Shown in pieces: positions 15,235-33,354 of a DNA stretch of 64,000 bases (its first letter is position 1; every line of letters begins with the position of its first letter). The translations under genes and the position numbers were made by a program. Source of the stretch: the human T2T-CHM13v2.0 reference genome, Homo sapiens; the NCBI RefSeq assembly GCF_009914755.1, contig NC_060927.1; one strand, given 5' to 3'. Under the pieces are notes generated by a model that was not told the origin of the DNA, did not search any database, and saw only the letters and a program-made list of their open reading frames with translations.

Positions 15235-15950
15235 TAATTTTATATTTACAGAACAATTGAGCAGAAAGTACTGAGAGTTACTACATAACTCATTTCCTCC
15301 AGCCCATAGTTTCCCTTATTTTTTAAAATGTTTTATTGTTGTTATATATTTGATATAATTGATGAGCCAGTATTTAAATATTATTATTAACTACAGTCCA
15401 TAGTTTATATAAGGCTCTCTGTGTTTTATACTCCATGGATTTCAACAAATGTGTACTCATATATTCATCATCAGAGTATGATATAGAATAGATTTACTGC
15501 CCTAAAAATCTATCTCCACCTATCCAACCCTCCCTCAGTCCTATCTGGCAATAACTGATCTTTTTACTGACTCTAAACTTTTGCTTTTTCTAAAATGTCA
15601 TGTAGCCTATAGGAATTATACAGTAGGAATTCCTATATACTCATTATAATTTCTATTATTGTATTTATAGGAATTATACAGTATGCAGCTTTTGTAGACT
15701 GGCTGTTGTCTTCTTTCTTAAAAATATATATTTAGTTTTGCCCCCAGTTCGGATTGTATATTAAGCCCATGTTTTGCTTTCTAAGCAACCACCAAACTGT
15801 TTTCCGAATTGACTGTACCATTTTTTTATTCCCATTAGCAGTGAATGAGAGTTTCTATTGTTCCATAATCTTGCCAGCATTTTGTGTTGTCAGGGTTTTG
15901 AATTTTAATCATTCTTAACGGATATGCAGTGATATTTTGTTGCTTTTTTA
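15235..15950 (-). mobile_element. L1MC-like 3' fragment
   Basis: tttacagaacaattgagcagaaagtac and attattattaactacagtccatagttt resemble antisense L1MC 3' ends. Confidence 0.65.
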
Positions 15951-17994
15951 CCTTTAACTTTTTTATCATTTTTATTTCTCTGATGTATCTTCATCTACTT
16001 CTTCAATTTTGGCTTCTCCAAATCATTCTGTTTTAGGTGCATCTCATACACTGCACAGAGTTGGGTTTTGCTTTGTAATTAAAATTGAAAAGATATATTT
16101 ATTTATTTTAATAGATGAATTAAGTCTGTTCATATTTATTGATACAATTTCTAGATTACGTCTCAACTCTGTTAAAATATTTTAAATTATTATGCATATT
16201 ACATATTAATTTATGTATATCTTATTTAAAATATTTTACTTGTTTTACCTTTTCAATTATTTTTTGTCTTGTAATGAGGTTTATAGTTTTGTCCCAGATA
16301 TAAACTTATATTTTTAAAAATATATTAACCATTACTTTATAAAAAAAATTTATAATATGATGTGTCCAATTTTAATTGAATCCCTTAACTAAAAATATAC
16401 TCTTTTCAAATCCCAACAGCTATTATTTACTGGCATTTTGGAATGAAAAACTAGAATTCTGAGACATTCTCAGGAATTTTAAAATCATGAAGTATTCTTT
16501 ATTCTTGTAACATTTCATTTACATTTTTAATAAAAAATAAATGTATTTGTACATAATTTGTACATAATTGAGCACTGGGAAAGAATCAAACACTGATAAC
16601 TGCTTATATCACTGAAAATGTTACTAGGTAGTATTCAAGTAATATAACATTTAGATATCCTAGCAAAATGAGGAGGAGTCCACATGAACATGTAACAAAA
16701 TTGTCTTAACTATTTCACATCCAAAAGTTTTAAATTTTGAAAGAATACTAATGGGATTTATATAAAGTATACCCTATATACACTTTTGTTAATATTCTTA
16801 TTTACAAGAATGATTCACCATTAGGAGCAGACAGCGTCACTTAAAAAATTGCAACCATAAAAGTAATTATTTGGCTGTAAGTGGTTAAAATTATTAAAAT
16901 GTTTTATATATAAAATGCAAGTTTTTAATTTCCCTTTTCTAAATTTATATTTTATTTCAGAATTATAATAAAATTATAAAATATATTTTGGACAAAAATC
17001 TGAAAAAGGAGAAAAACAGCAGCTTAGTGACAAAATAGATTTAACTGTCATGAAAAAACATATTGCTTACAAATCCTTTTGATTTCCAATTTTTATAATC
17101 AAACAATTCAGTTTAGTACTTCAAATCAAGTTGTATGAGATCTTTTTTGTGAAGAATAAGTTAGAAAACAAATTAATTAGTAAATTTACTTTCAAGGTAA
17201 ATATACCATTGTGAATTCTGCTTATTATCTAACAAATTCTACATTTTACTTAGTGATATTTTACATAGAATGCTCTATTTATACAGTGTATGTGTAATTA
17301 TTTTGATGACATTTTATATCACAATTTATCTGTAGTCAAAATAATGAGCCCCAACTGAAACCTCATACGTTATACAAAAGTTAACTCAAATTAGAATGTT
17401 TAAATATAAAATGGAAAGTACAAAACATTTAGGAAAAAATATTCTGAAAAGTCTTTGAGATCTAAGGATAACGAAAAAATTCTCAGACAAGACACCAAGA
17501 GCACCATTCATAGAAGGAAAACAAATGAATAAATTGGACTTCATAAAAACTTAAAATGTTTAACTCATAGGGTGACCTGGGTGAAGAATACACAGGACTT
17601 CTCCATTCTAGCTCAGCAACTTTTGTAAATGCATAATTATTTTAAAATAAAGGTTTTTAAATAAGCACAATCAGAAATGACAATGGTGACATTACTATAG
17701 ATCCCACAGAAGTACAAAAGAGCCTCACAGATCATTATGAACACTTCTATATATACAAAATAAAAATTTAGGGGACATTTAAAAACTGTGGAAACTACAA
17801 CCTTCTAAGAATAAACCTGGAATATACTAAATTCTTGAGCAGACTAATACCAAATTCTGTAAATAGATCAGTTTAGCTTCCCAGTATATGAAGCAGCATG
17901 TAGAAGAGAAAGAATGGCCTTGAGGGACAAAGAAAGAGTGGAATCAATAAAGAAACTGTGAGCAATTCTGTGGCATTAAAACAAGTCTGGTGAG

Positions 17995-20900
17995 AAGAGC
18001 CAAGATGGCCAAGTAGATGCAGCCAGGACGAGCATCTCCCACTGAGAGACAATATCATCAAGAATACTGGTACACTCCAACCAGATCTTCAAAGAGAAGG
18101 CATTGAGAGTAGACAGAGGGAGGATACAGACCATGGGCTGACTGGAGAGGAAGCTGAGAACCCTGTAAGGTACTTCCTAGCACCAGGACTGATTCCTGGC
18201 CTCCCAGGAGCTCCTGGAAGGGGAGTGAGTGAGATAGGAGAGCATTGGCCCACCGTCTCCACAGACTTTTGAAACCCAAGCTGCAGGATACCCCACGATC
18301 ACCACAAACATCTGAGCTGGAGGCAAGAGCTGCTTGGAAAGGTGGCAATGATAGACCTCCAGCCTGAGTGAAGCTCATGGGAACAGCTGCAGTGGAGCAC
18401 AGCCAAGAACACCTATCACCCAAGGCTTGCCGTGTTCCTCTAGATGGCTTTGGTCTTTGGTTGACTGTCAGAACTGGAAAGAGCACAGTTGTATTGCACA
18501 TAGGATGGGGCCAGTCTATGTGAGCACCCCTGTGTCTGCTGTCCTCTACTGAGATCCCTGCCTGGTCATGGCCACTTGTAGCATAGCTTCAGATGTCCAG
18601 GCAGCATATTTCACAGTGGCCACCACCATAGCTCCTTTGCCAGCAAACACAACCATCAGATAGCTTCTGCAGATGAGTCCCCACCATCATGCATCTGCCC
18701 ACAGGTTCCTGCCAACACACTCAACCGAAGCCTCTCACCACTGCTTTGCTGGAATGCACTTGCCCACCACTGACCCTCTGCTTTGCTAGAACACATGCTT
18801 GCATGGATCTTGCTTCCACTGCCCCACCCCCAGTGGTACATGCACACATGAGAGTATACCCTGCTTCCACTGTCCCAACAAAGTGCATCTGCTGGCACCT
18901 ATCACCTGAGTGTTGTTGCCAGTGACCAGGAACACCTCAGACCCTCCAGTGCAGCAGGTACTTAACTTAGAGGGTCCAGAGAACCAAGTTGGGCCTGGCT
19001 CCACTGCCAGGGTGAGAACACACAGCCCAGGAGTGCTGAGCTGAGTCTTTACCTCCTAAAATCATCCAGTAATGGAGCCCATTGACTGTTCCCAACTTAT
19101 ACCACAGTTAAATCCTAAAGGGCATCAAATAATATAAAAAACAAAAAGCCACATCAAAGGACAGAAACTTAAAAATAAAAGGGACATCAGCTCACACAGA
19201 TGACAAAGAACCAGTGCAATAACTCTGGCAACTCAAAAAGCCAGAGTGTCTTCTTCCCAATGACTGCACTAGTTTACCAGGAATATTTCTTAACCAGGCT
19301 GAAAGGACTCCAATGACAAACATAATTCCAAATCTGGAAGGCAACAAAGATAATTGAGATTCAGGAGAAAGTTGAAACCTAATCCAAGAAATCTAAAGAA
19401 TCCAATAAAGTGATACAAGAGCTAAAAGACAAAAATAGTCATTTTAAGAAAGACTCAAACTGATCTGATACAGCTGAAAAACAGATTACAAGAATTTTAT
19501 AGAAGAATCAATAATTAACATAAGAATACATCAAGATGAGAAAAGGATCTTAGAGCAAAGGACAGTTCTCCAAATCACACGTCAGACAAAAAAAAGTAGA
19601 AAGAAGAATGAAAAAAACTTTTGAAAATAATAGGATTATAGAAAGAAACAAAATGTACAACTCACTAGCATTACTGCAGAGAGGAAGGGAGAGCAAGCAA
19701 CTTGGAAAACATATTTGAGGATATTGTCCAAGAAAATTTCCCCGTCACTGAAGAGGACAACATTCAAACTCATGAAATTCAGAGAACCACTGTGAGATAC
19801 CATGCAAGATGACCATCTCTAGACCCACAGCCATCCTATCTCTAAGATAAATGCAAAAGAAAAAAATCTTAAAGGCAACTAGACAGAAGGCGCAGGTCAC
19901 CTACAAGAGAACCCCATCATGACCAAGTGAGATTATTCCCAGGGATGCAAGGATGGTTCAATATATGAAAATCAATCAGTATGATACACCATACCAATAA
20001 AATGAAAATGAAAACCCTAAGGTAATTTTAATTGATGCTGAAAAAGCATTTGAAAAAATACAACATCCCTTTATGATAAAAACCCTAAAAAAACCTGGGT
20101 GTATAAGGAAAATACCTCAACACAATAAAAGCCACATAACTAGTATGATACAGAATCGGGGAAAACCGAAATCCTTTCTCCTCTAAGATCTGGAACACAA
20201 GGATGCCCACTCACACCACTGTTATTAAACATAGTAATAGAGGTCCTAGCTAGAGCAATTAAACAAAAGAAATAAATAAAGGGCATCTAAATTGGAAAGG
20301 AAGACGTTAAATTATCCTTGTTTGTGACGATATGATCTTATATTTTTAAAAATCTAATGAGTTCACAAAAAACTATTAGAAATGATTAAAAAAATTAGTA
20401 AAGTTGCAGGATACAAGGTCAACATACAAAAGTCAACAGCATTTCTTTATGCCAACAGTGAATAATATGAAATCAAAAACAAGAAAATAATCTAATTTAC
20501 AATAGCTAAGTATAAAATAAAATGTGTATGAATTAACTGAACCAAAGAAGTTAACAGTCTCTACAATGAAAACTATAAGACATGGACTAAATAAATTAAA
20601 GAGAAATCCAAAAATGCAAAAAAAAAAAAAAAAAAAAAACGAGCATGGATTGAAAGAATCAATATTGTTAAAAATGTCCTTAGTATCCAAAGCAATCTAC
20701 AGGTTTAATGCAATTCCTATCAAAATACCAATGAAAGTCTTCATAAAAATAGAAAAAAAATCTAACATTTATATGGAACAACAAAAGACCCAGAATCGTG
20801 AAAGCTCTTCTGAGAAAAAAGAACAAAACTGAAGGAATCACATTTACGGTATAACTTCAAGTTATACTACAGAGCTGTAACAAACAAATGAATGGTACTA

Positions 20901-22505
20901 GCATAAAAACTGACACTTACACTCATGGAACAGAATAAAGAACCCAGAAACAAATCCACACATCTACAACAAACTCATCTTTTACAAAGATACCAAGAAC
21001 ATACATTGAAGAAAGAACAGTCTCTTCATTAAATGGTGTGGGAAAAACTGGATATTCATATGCAAAAGAATGAAACTAAAACTCTATCTTTCACCCTGTA
21101 AAAAACAGTCTAATCAAAATGGATTAAAGACTTAAACATAAGACCTCAAGTTATGAAATGACTGAAAAATGATATTGGTGAAACTCTCCAGGACAAAATC
21201 TTTGTTCTGGGCAAAGATTTCTTGAGGACTGGCAAAAAGCAAAAGGCAAGCAACCAAATAAAAAATGAACAAATGAGATCAAAGCAAGTTAAAAAGCTTC
21301 TACACTGCAAAAGAAACAATCAACAAAGTGAAAAGACAACCAACAGAATAAGAGAAAATATTTTCAAACTATCATTCTGACAAGGAATTCATAACTAAAA
21401 TACGTGTTTACCGTGAAAAAGAGAAGCTCAAACAACTCTACAGAAAAAAATCAAATAATCTGTTTAAAAAATGGGCATGAATAGACATGCCTTAAAATAA
21501 GACATAGAAATTGTAAACAGATACATAAAGGGTGCTAAACATCACTGATCATCAGATAAATGCAAATTAAAACTACAGTGAGATATAATCTCACCCCAGT
21601 TAAAATGGCTTTCATCCAAAAGACAGGCAATAATGAATTCTGGCAAGAATGTGGAGAAAAAGGAAACATAGTATACTGTTGGTGGGAGTGTAAATTGATA
21701 CAAACACTATGGAGAACAGTTTGGAGGTTCCTCGAATATAAAAATAAAACTATTATATGGTCCAGAAATCCAATGCTTATTATATACCCAAAAAGAAGTG
21801 AATCAGTGAAGAGATATCTGCACTTCCATGTTTATTGCAGCACTATTCCAAAAAGTCAAGCTTTGAAAGCATTCTAGATGTCCATCAACAGATGAATGGA
21901 TAAAAAAAAATGTAGTATATGTACACAATGGAGTACTATTCAGTCATTAAAAAATGAGACCCTGCAAAACATGGATGGAATTAGAGGTCATTATGTTAAG
22001 TGAAATAAGCCAGACACGGAAAGCAAACTTTGCATGTTTTCTCTTATTTATAGCAGCTAAAAATTAAAACGATTGAATTTACGGAGATAGAGAATAATAG
22101 TTACCAGAGGATGGGAAGGATAGCTGGGGAGCGGGTGAAGTGGAGATAATTAGTAGGTACCAAAATATATTAATAGCTTGATAGAATGAATAAAATCTAG
22201 TATTTGATAGCACAATAGGATGACTACAGTTAATAATTTATTGTACATTTCACAATAGGGTGACTATAGTTAATAATAATTTATTGTACATTTCAAAATA
22301 ACTAAAAAGTAAAGTTGTATTGTTGGTAACACAAACAAAGGATAAATGCTTGAGGTGATATTTTGATACACAATGGGGTATGAAGATTCTTTATTTATCC
22401 TGATGTGATTACTATGCATTGTATGCCTGTATCAAAATATCTCATGTACCCCATAAATATTTATACCTACAATGTACCCATAAAAATTAAAAAATAAAAA
22501 TAAAA
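17995..22505 (+). mobile_element. Old L1 (5'UTR and ORF1 joined to distal ORF2 and L1MA-like 3'UTR), internally deleted or chimeric
   Basis: Starts gagccaagatggcc with a GC-rich 5'UTR; ORF1 remnants to ~19920, then jumps to the RT region; ORFs 20524-20832 (AIYRFNAIPIKIP) and 21560-21877 (MQIKTTVRYNLTPVKMA) are ORF2 relics; A-rich tail at ~22483-22506. Confidence 0.88.
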
Positions 22506-23669
22506 ACTCCAGCCACATTATAAGTATTTTTATTTATCACAACTTATTTGCAAATGTGTTGTATTTCCAACGTGTTGATGAAATCTGAGTGAAAAGAAAG
22601 AAAAAGTTAATAGCACAATTGTTTTTAAAAAGCAGATAAAGTAATTTAAAATACTGTATAAATGATAAAATAAGAATATGCTCATCTAAGCATCTAGTAT
22701 ATTTAATTGTGGCAGAACATTTACTGAATTTATACGTGGATTAAAGAACTAGAAATGTCCGTATAACAGTTTTAAGTGTAACATATTGACAAGAATCAAA
22801 GGGATAAAAAAAAAACAAAAAACAAACAAAAACCCAATTACCTAGTCAGATTATATTGTGTTTACAGAACTCCATTGGGTATTATCAGTAGTATCTGTCA
22901 GGAGACAATAAGAGGTAAGAACATGTTTGCTATCATGCATGAGTTTCCTGGTTAAGTCAACAAAGATAAGTAGCACAACACCAACAAGAAACAAAAAAAA
23001 AAAAGAAGAAATAAGATGATGTGAAATGCAACTAAATGTTACTCTGCTAGTAACATTTACTTTGTTAATTGTATTACCGTCGCTGACTGCTTATCAAGAA
23101 TTGGTAAAATCATAGAACTATAAGCTAGGTTCATGCTTTTTAATGTCATAAGTCTAGAGGGTTCAGAGATAAAAGTCTTCCTGGTCCTTTTCAATGTGAT
23201 AGAGAGATTCAGTCAGGAGAGAAAGATGTGGCTGGAGAACATTACCATCACTCATACTGGACAAATGTTCCACCAAACCGAGCACTCTCTTATCTGTCTT
23301 TTGGAAGATTACAGTATAGTAAAAAAGATAAATATTTACATAAATGATTATTTTCAAGGTATGATGTGAAGTTCAAATAAAATATGATTTCCAAAAACAT
23401 AAGATTAAATCCAACTGCAGAAAAGTCTTCATATTTAAGCTAGTTGTTTAAAAATGACTAATAGATGAGAGAATTTTTTTTATATAGAAAATAAATCATA
23501 ATAAAATACATCAAGCTAAAGAATCCCATGGCAATATTTAGAAAATAGTGAATTATAGAGTGTGGAAAGTTTCGAGAAATGAGTAAGGAAATGTGGCTTA
23601 AGTTTCATAGTGGATATCAAAGGGCTGTATGTGGGAGATTTTTGAAACAGAAGAGTGATATAAATTAAT

Positions 23670-23960
23670 ATGTACTTTATTTTTTATTTTGAATACTTGA
23701 TTATTTTTGTGGGTACATAGTGGGTATATATATTTACATGGGGTACATGAGAAATATATACATGGGGTACATGAGATGTTTTGATACAGGCATGCAATGT
23801 GAAATAAGCACATCATGGAGAATGGGGTATCCATTCCCGCAAGCATTTATCCTTTGAGTTACAAGTAATCCAGTTTTATTCCTTAAGTTATTTTAAAATA
23901 TACGATCATCATTGACGATAGTCACCCTATGGTGCTATGAAAGAGCAGGGGTATTATATA
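23670..23960 (-). mobile_element. L1MA 3' end fragment
   Basis: ggggtacatgagatgttttgatacaggcatgcaatg...aatggggtatcc. Confidence 0.85.
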
Positions 23961-24002
23961 TTTTAGATAAAAATGTTTTTGTTAGGATAAAAGATAGATG
24001 AA

Positions 24003-26205
<2,203 letters not shown>

Positions 26206-28619
26206 AAAGATAGACTGAAGGAAAAGGTACTGAAGTGAAGAACACAAATTAAAAAGTGGTTATACCAGTAGACCAGATTTTAGGAAGCAAAAGCAGTGAA
26301 GAAAACAGGGGAAATGCATCAGACAGATATGGAATCCTTCCGTGACAAGCTTAATATGAGACAGGATGCAATTGAGAGGACAGGCTAAATACATGGGTCT
26401 ATGCTTTCGAGGTAGCAGCTATAGCTATGAAAAGAGATGAACTCTGACAGATATAATAAACATGTATAAGGCTATAAGCTTTAGTACTAAATATTGGGAG
26501 GAAGGACAAAGAAAGAGGAGGAAAACTGTTTACAAGGAAGCAGTAAGAGGAAGAAGATCATAATAAGAGTCAATAAATATTTGCTAAGCTTACTTGGCTT
26601 TATCCATTACAGTTTTTTACTGAAAACATCAGTGAATGCTTTATTGTTCCCGCCCCCAAGAAGCCCGTGTTTTCTTTGTGACGATGACATTAAAATTATA
26701 GTAAACATGATGTATGTTAAAATAGAAAAGTTAGTAAAGTTTCCATGCAATAAAGAAGCTATTTATACCTGTGCTGAGGTGAAGAAGTTAAAAAATTTTA
26801 GAAGGAAGTTGATATCTTATCAAATCTGTTTGAAAGTTCTCTAATTTTATAATAGTTAGATTTTGTGCTCATTAAACCATCAAGTACTTAAACTCTAATT
26901 AACTAATTTCCAGAGTTCTGAATAATGCAGTGACCACCCACCCACCCCCCCCCCCGCCCCACACACACACATTTGTACGTAAAAAGTACTAGTTTGGCTT
27001 ATATTCTATACTAATTGAAAATAATTAGAAGAAGGACAACTATGTACGTATATTCTAGAGGCAATTACATCCTAGAAATTTATAGGCCAAATTCAGCCTC
27101 AGCTTATTTATACACACTCATTAAAGCATTTGTGTATTAACCGTGGCAAGTAGATGAACTTGAATGAAAACTAATGAACCAGACAAGAACTACTGGCCCA
27201 AATGAGATAAAATATTTCTTGCTTCCATGTTGCTGACAAGCAAAAGCAAATCGCTTAATGCCTTGGAAATCCCTCTCCATCCAAAAATCAATTTGCCATA
27301 GCTTCTGATAACATATTTTTATGCAACCAAACTAAAAATGATTAAATTCATTTTATAAAATATTTTCTTGACTCTCATATTTAGCATAATATTCAACTTC
27401 GCATGCATGGAAAAATAAGTATCTGAAAATATCTAAATTCTAAATGGCACTTATATTGAATTCCACTTAGCAAACAAATTATTTTTCTCCTCAAATATCC
27501 TCATTCTAATTCAATTTTTTTCACTTGTCACAAAAAATATAAGTATCTGAGAAATAACCTTAAACAAAATATTCAGTTTGCCACCTCAGTCCTTAGAAAG
27601 TAGGTCTTGATTCAATTCTGAATATCAGAAATGCATAAAAATGATGCCAGATTATCTGTTTAGTTCTAGAAAATATAAGGTGTCATGAAGTAAAGACGGA
27701 TGGAACTAACTAACTTCCAAGGCCTGATTTTTTTTTCAATATTTACATCCTTTAATAGACAAAGAAAAAGAAAGTATCCAGCTTCAGCTATGGCATTTGG
27801 AGCTGTTCAAGCCCACAACCTCTGAGTTCCACATGTTCCCTGATCCGAAGCATTGAAATGAGAGAGTGCAACAAAGGGAATCCTAAGGAATCAAAGCTCC
27901 AATACTCCTCATTTCCACCTTCCACCATGCCAACCTTGAAGTAGAGATGATGAGGTTTAGGAATAATCATATTTACTTGTATCTAGGGACATATACAAGT
28001 CATAAAGCTTACCACCTCTGCCCACAGGAAGAAAAAAATGTTATTTAAGAACACATAGATGCCTCCATCACTTGGCATGTGATCTTTAGTACGTCACACA
28101 GTGACCTAAAACATTCATTCACATACTGAATATTATTCAGGCCTTGGAGAATACTTCTCCACATCTCCTGCCTTCTGTTCACAAAAAAACATGCGCCAGC
28201 ATCCAGATACTCTGAAAGTCTGTGGCTTTTGAATCTGCTGCCATCAATGACTGACTCAGATAATGTGAACTGAATAGTGGATTTGAACATAATACTTAAG
28301 TAGTAGAAAAGGCAAGTTAGCTTCACAAATCCCTCCTCTCAGAATAAATACAGTAGATTCTTGCAGAAAATTGTAAGGTTTCTTAGTGACATCATATGTC
28401 ATTTTTTTCCCTTTACTTTTCCTTTTTTCTTTAAAATCTAATTTTGTGGCTCATCTTCAATAATTTGACAAAATAAGTTTACATATTTTTGTATTTTATT
28501 ATTATGAAGATATACTTGTAAACTTGGAAATGAAGAGATAATTTAAGAATTTACTGCTTTGATTCATAACTTGTGAATACTTAGGCATAGTATGTGGGCC
28601 TCCATTGTCACTCTAATCA

Positions 28620-29320
28620 ATGCCCTTTATCAGACCAGATCCAGTATCAGGTCTCAACTTTCTCTTATATAATATCTGCCACATTTAACACAACTGGTCA
28701 TTTACTCTTTCTCAAATGCTACCCTTATTGGACATCAGGACTGCCTTCCCTCAATGTATTCACTCTCTGGCCTCATGTGTTCAGTCTCCTTTGGTTGTCA
28801 AGGGTTAACCTCTAAATCATTTCAATTCTAGTTTCTTGACTGTAAATATCAAATACTGATGACATCCACATTTATAGCTGGAGCTCTAATACCTCCTCTG
28901 AACTTAGACACTGATCTCTCATCTTTTCTTCTATGTGTAATAGACATCACAAGTCTAAAATGTTCAAAACCACACTCTTGTGTTCCATCCCCTAAACCTG
29001 TCCTTCCTACAGTCTTCCCCATTTCATTAAATGTCAACTCCATTCTACTCCAATGTCAAGGTCCATAACCTTGATATCTCTTTTCTTTAATGTTGACCTT
29101 CATAGATATAGCTATGAAAAATATCCAGAATCAAAACAATTCTCACCATATCCACTGCTAGGTCTACTCCAGCTACAATCATCCCTCATCTGAAATAGTC
29201 CCCTAATTAGTTTCCCTGCATCAATCTCTATCTACCTGTGGTCTATTTTTTACATAGCAATCCTGCAATACCTTGAAATGAAAGTCTGACCATATTACTC
29301 TGCTCAAAACTATACAGTGC
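28620..29320. mobile_element. L2 (LINE2) relic, resuming at ~30690-31245
   Basis: Degenerate L2-like motifs (aaacctgtccttcctacagtcttccccatttc, aaatatccagaatc) and the gaatgaatgaatg terminus at ~31235-31247. Confidence 0.65.
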
Positions 29321-30151
29321 CTTTCATGCATTTTGGCATTAAAGTATTTTTCAGATAACAAACGTGCATTTTCCTGAACAATTTTTTATATACCAATGGC
29401 ATGCTTCTGATTTATATTGTACTAAAATTATTTTCATCAGTTAGTATTTTTCTACTAATATTTCAAAGTAAATATGTATATGTTAATTAATTACTTGTCT
29501 TATAAAATGTTTGATACATAATACATATAAACAAAATGATAAACAAACAGCTTTAAATTACCCTCAATTTTATGAATTGGAAAAATTGTCAATACTATTG
29601 CATGTATCTATGTAGTTTTCTCTCATCTTACCCCGTTAATTGTTGTGTGTTGTTCATCATTCTGTTTACTTTTTTTGGTTTAGCTTGGTTACATATGTAG
29701 TTATCAAATAAACTATTTTTGTTTTTATAGATACTTATAAAAATACTACCATACCCTGTGTCATCTCCTGGAACTTGCTGATTTTACTATCCACTGATTC
29801 TAAGATCTATGTATGTTGCTGCATTGACATCTAGCTCATACATTTTCACTTCTACATAATAATCCAACATTATAATGGATTTCCTTGTCAATGAATATTT
29901 TAGGTTTTTTCAGATTTTTGCAATTGTAAACAGTGCTGATAAGAAATGGTGTGCATGCATTCTAACATGCATTTGCAAGTTTCTTTGTGGAGTACACCTA
30001 TTAACAGAATTGGTGGCTTATACAGTATATAAATGTTCAACTTCAAAGTATAGCATTACATTGCCTTCCAAAGTGATTGAGACATTTGCACTCTCAGCAG
30101 CACTGAATAGGTACCATGTTTATCCACATTTTCACTATTCATATTAAATTT

Positions 30152-30677
<526 letters not shown>

Positions 30678-32873
30678 TTGACCATTTCATTATACCCTTT
30701 AAAATAAAATGAGGGAAGACAGTATAAAAATCCTCCCCAGCCACTAATACAGCTACTAACACACCTACAATGTCCTAGGTGATCTATTCCTAGGCTGTCT
30801 CTGGCTTCATCTCCTACTCTGCTATCCTTGCTTTCTTCTCTCCAGCATAATGCAAAATCAAGGCACTGAACTTGCAGGTACCTGGAATACTACCACTATC
30901 CCTCTCTCCTTCCACTACTACATACTACACTGTCTATTCTCTTCTCTACATGGCGCCAAATGACTTCTCAAACAGTAAGACTTTCCTGACTCTAAAATTC
31001 AAATAACCTCCAGTACCATCATTGCTTTCTTTGTTCTCCTCTCTCCTTAAATATTTGCGTAGCTCTTACCAACTGATATATTATATATTATTATTTTATG
31101 TATTTCTGATATGTCCTCTTCACATTACAAGATAAGTTATATGATGGCATGGATGTTGACTCCTTCCTTCACCATTATACTATTAATAACTAGATAACGG
31201 CCTGTCCATAGTCTTTTCTCAACAAAAAATTATGGAATGAATGAATGGTGATAAATTATGACCAAAAGATCCACTTAATAAAAAGTTCAAACTATTAAAC
31301 CTATTGTGCTATGAGATTGGAACTGAACTGAAGGCTTTAGTATGTAAAGTGTGTTCATTCTCCAATAAACATAAAACTTCCTCTTAGAAAGACTAAATAT
31401 TCTAAATATTTTAATGAGTTACCATAAAACATTTAATAAAATGTGTTTAAAAGTGACCATGTAAATATTCAAAAATATGTACAATTGAACTTAATAAAAT
31501 TTGAATAATTTTTCCAATTTATTTGTATTCAAGGACATGAGATTAATTTTAATGTGCCTAATGATAATGCAACTACATTTATGTATAGAAATCATAGTTT
31601 ACAACACTTAGTAGTATGTGAGTTGTATTATATTTAATGTATAGCAACTATATTTTTGAAATTATAACATAATTAAGTTCTTACAAAAGATTTTCAAGTA
31701 CCATGCAATTTAATGTCAGAAGCTAAAAGTATTTCTAAATAACATTTTCAACCACTGTTTTATGTTGAACACATTTTTGTTTGAATTACTTTGTATGTGT
31801 TTTACTGAGGCACCTGAGGCTATTTTAAAAAAGGAGAATTTGGTGCTGTGGCAATGGAACCAGACCTGTTTTGCAACTTTTAATCTTGCACCTTTCCTTA
31901 AATTTTTTGAGCTTTAACACTCTTTTTTTTGAAAGGGATTTAGTAATTAATGGTCACTCAACTTAGTTCACAGTTCCTTGTAATAAAAAGGGGGTGGATC
32001 ATCTATTCAAAAGTGTTTTACAAAAGATAAATAGCAATCAAATATTAGTTTATTTTATTCCTCATCACCTAGAGTATTCATTTAACATTCTTGTATTCAT
32101 TCACTCTCCAAACTTTGAGTACCTACCATATGTGATCTACTTTGCACCAAGATGAATAAAACATAGTTTAACTCAAAGAGCTTCACTTATTTTCTTTTTG
32201 TTGGGAATATCTTGATTGCAGATTTTTTTTCTTTCCCCACGTATAAACTCCTCATCACAAATGTTTAACCAATTCTATTTGTTACTTACATGACACAAAA
32301 AATGTCCTCAGTACCCATGACCTTACATAAAATAAATTGTGTTAATCATAAACTCATAGAGTAATATTCTGCCTTATCCTAATAATTTATCTCAAAGCTT
32401 TGTCTAAACAGGCTAAAATATCTGGCTCTGTGGTTTCCGCCTTTGGTCTCTTAACTTTTAGCACTAAGTCCATTGGGGTCCATTTATTTTTCATTAAAAA
32501 ATGAGTATGTTCTACCACAAAATTTGCAGAAAAAAACAGTTTAGATTTCTTGTGCCTTTTTAAATATAGAATATGTATTAACTATGTAGAACTAAATATG
32601 AAACTATAACAATTGAAATTAATTCTGAAAAAATATTGAGTCTCCAAAAATATAATAAAACTGTGTTTAATTAGATACTAAAAATGAACACAATTGTTTC
32701 AGACTGGTGACTGAATGGTAGAGAGCACAAACTAGAGAAGTTAAATTTTTTTTTTCAGGGCTTTGTGTATGAGTTTAGTGTGTTTGGTTCAGAAGAAAAT
32801 AATGTGAAATGCTATTTATAAGAATGTGCATATATAAGATGATCTCAACGCCAGGCAATAGAAGCAAGAAATT

Positions 32874-33354
<481 letters not shown>

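Noticed and set aside
18058-19004. ORFs of 72-147 aa
   Set aside because: They lie in the GC-rich L1 5'UTR and are by-products of composition
26934-26970. C-rich tract with G-quadruplex potential on the minus strand
   Set aside because: An isolated low-complexity run merging into (CA)n, with no supporting context
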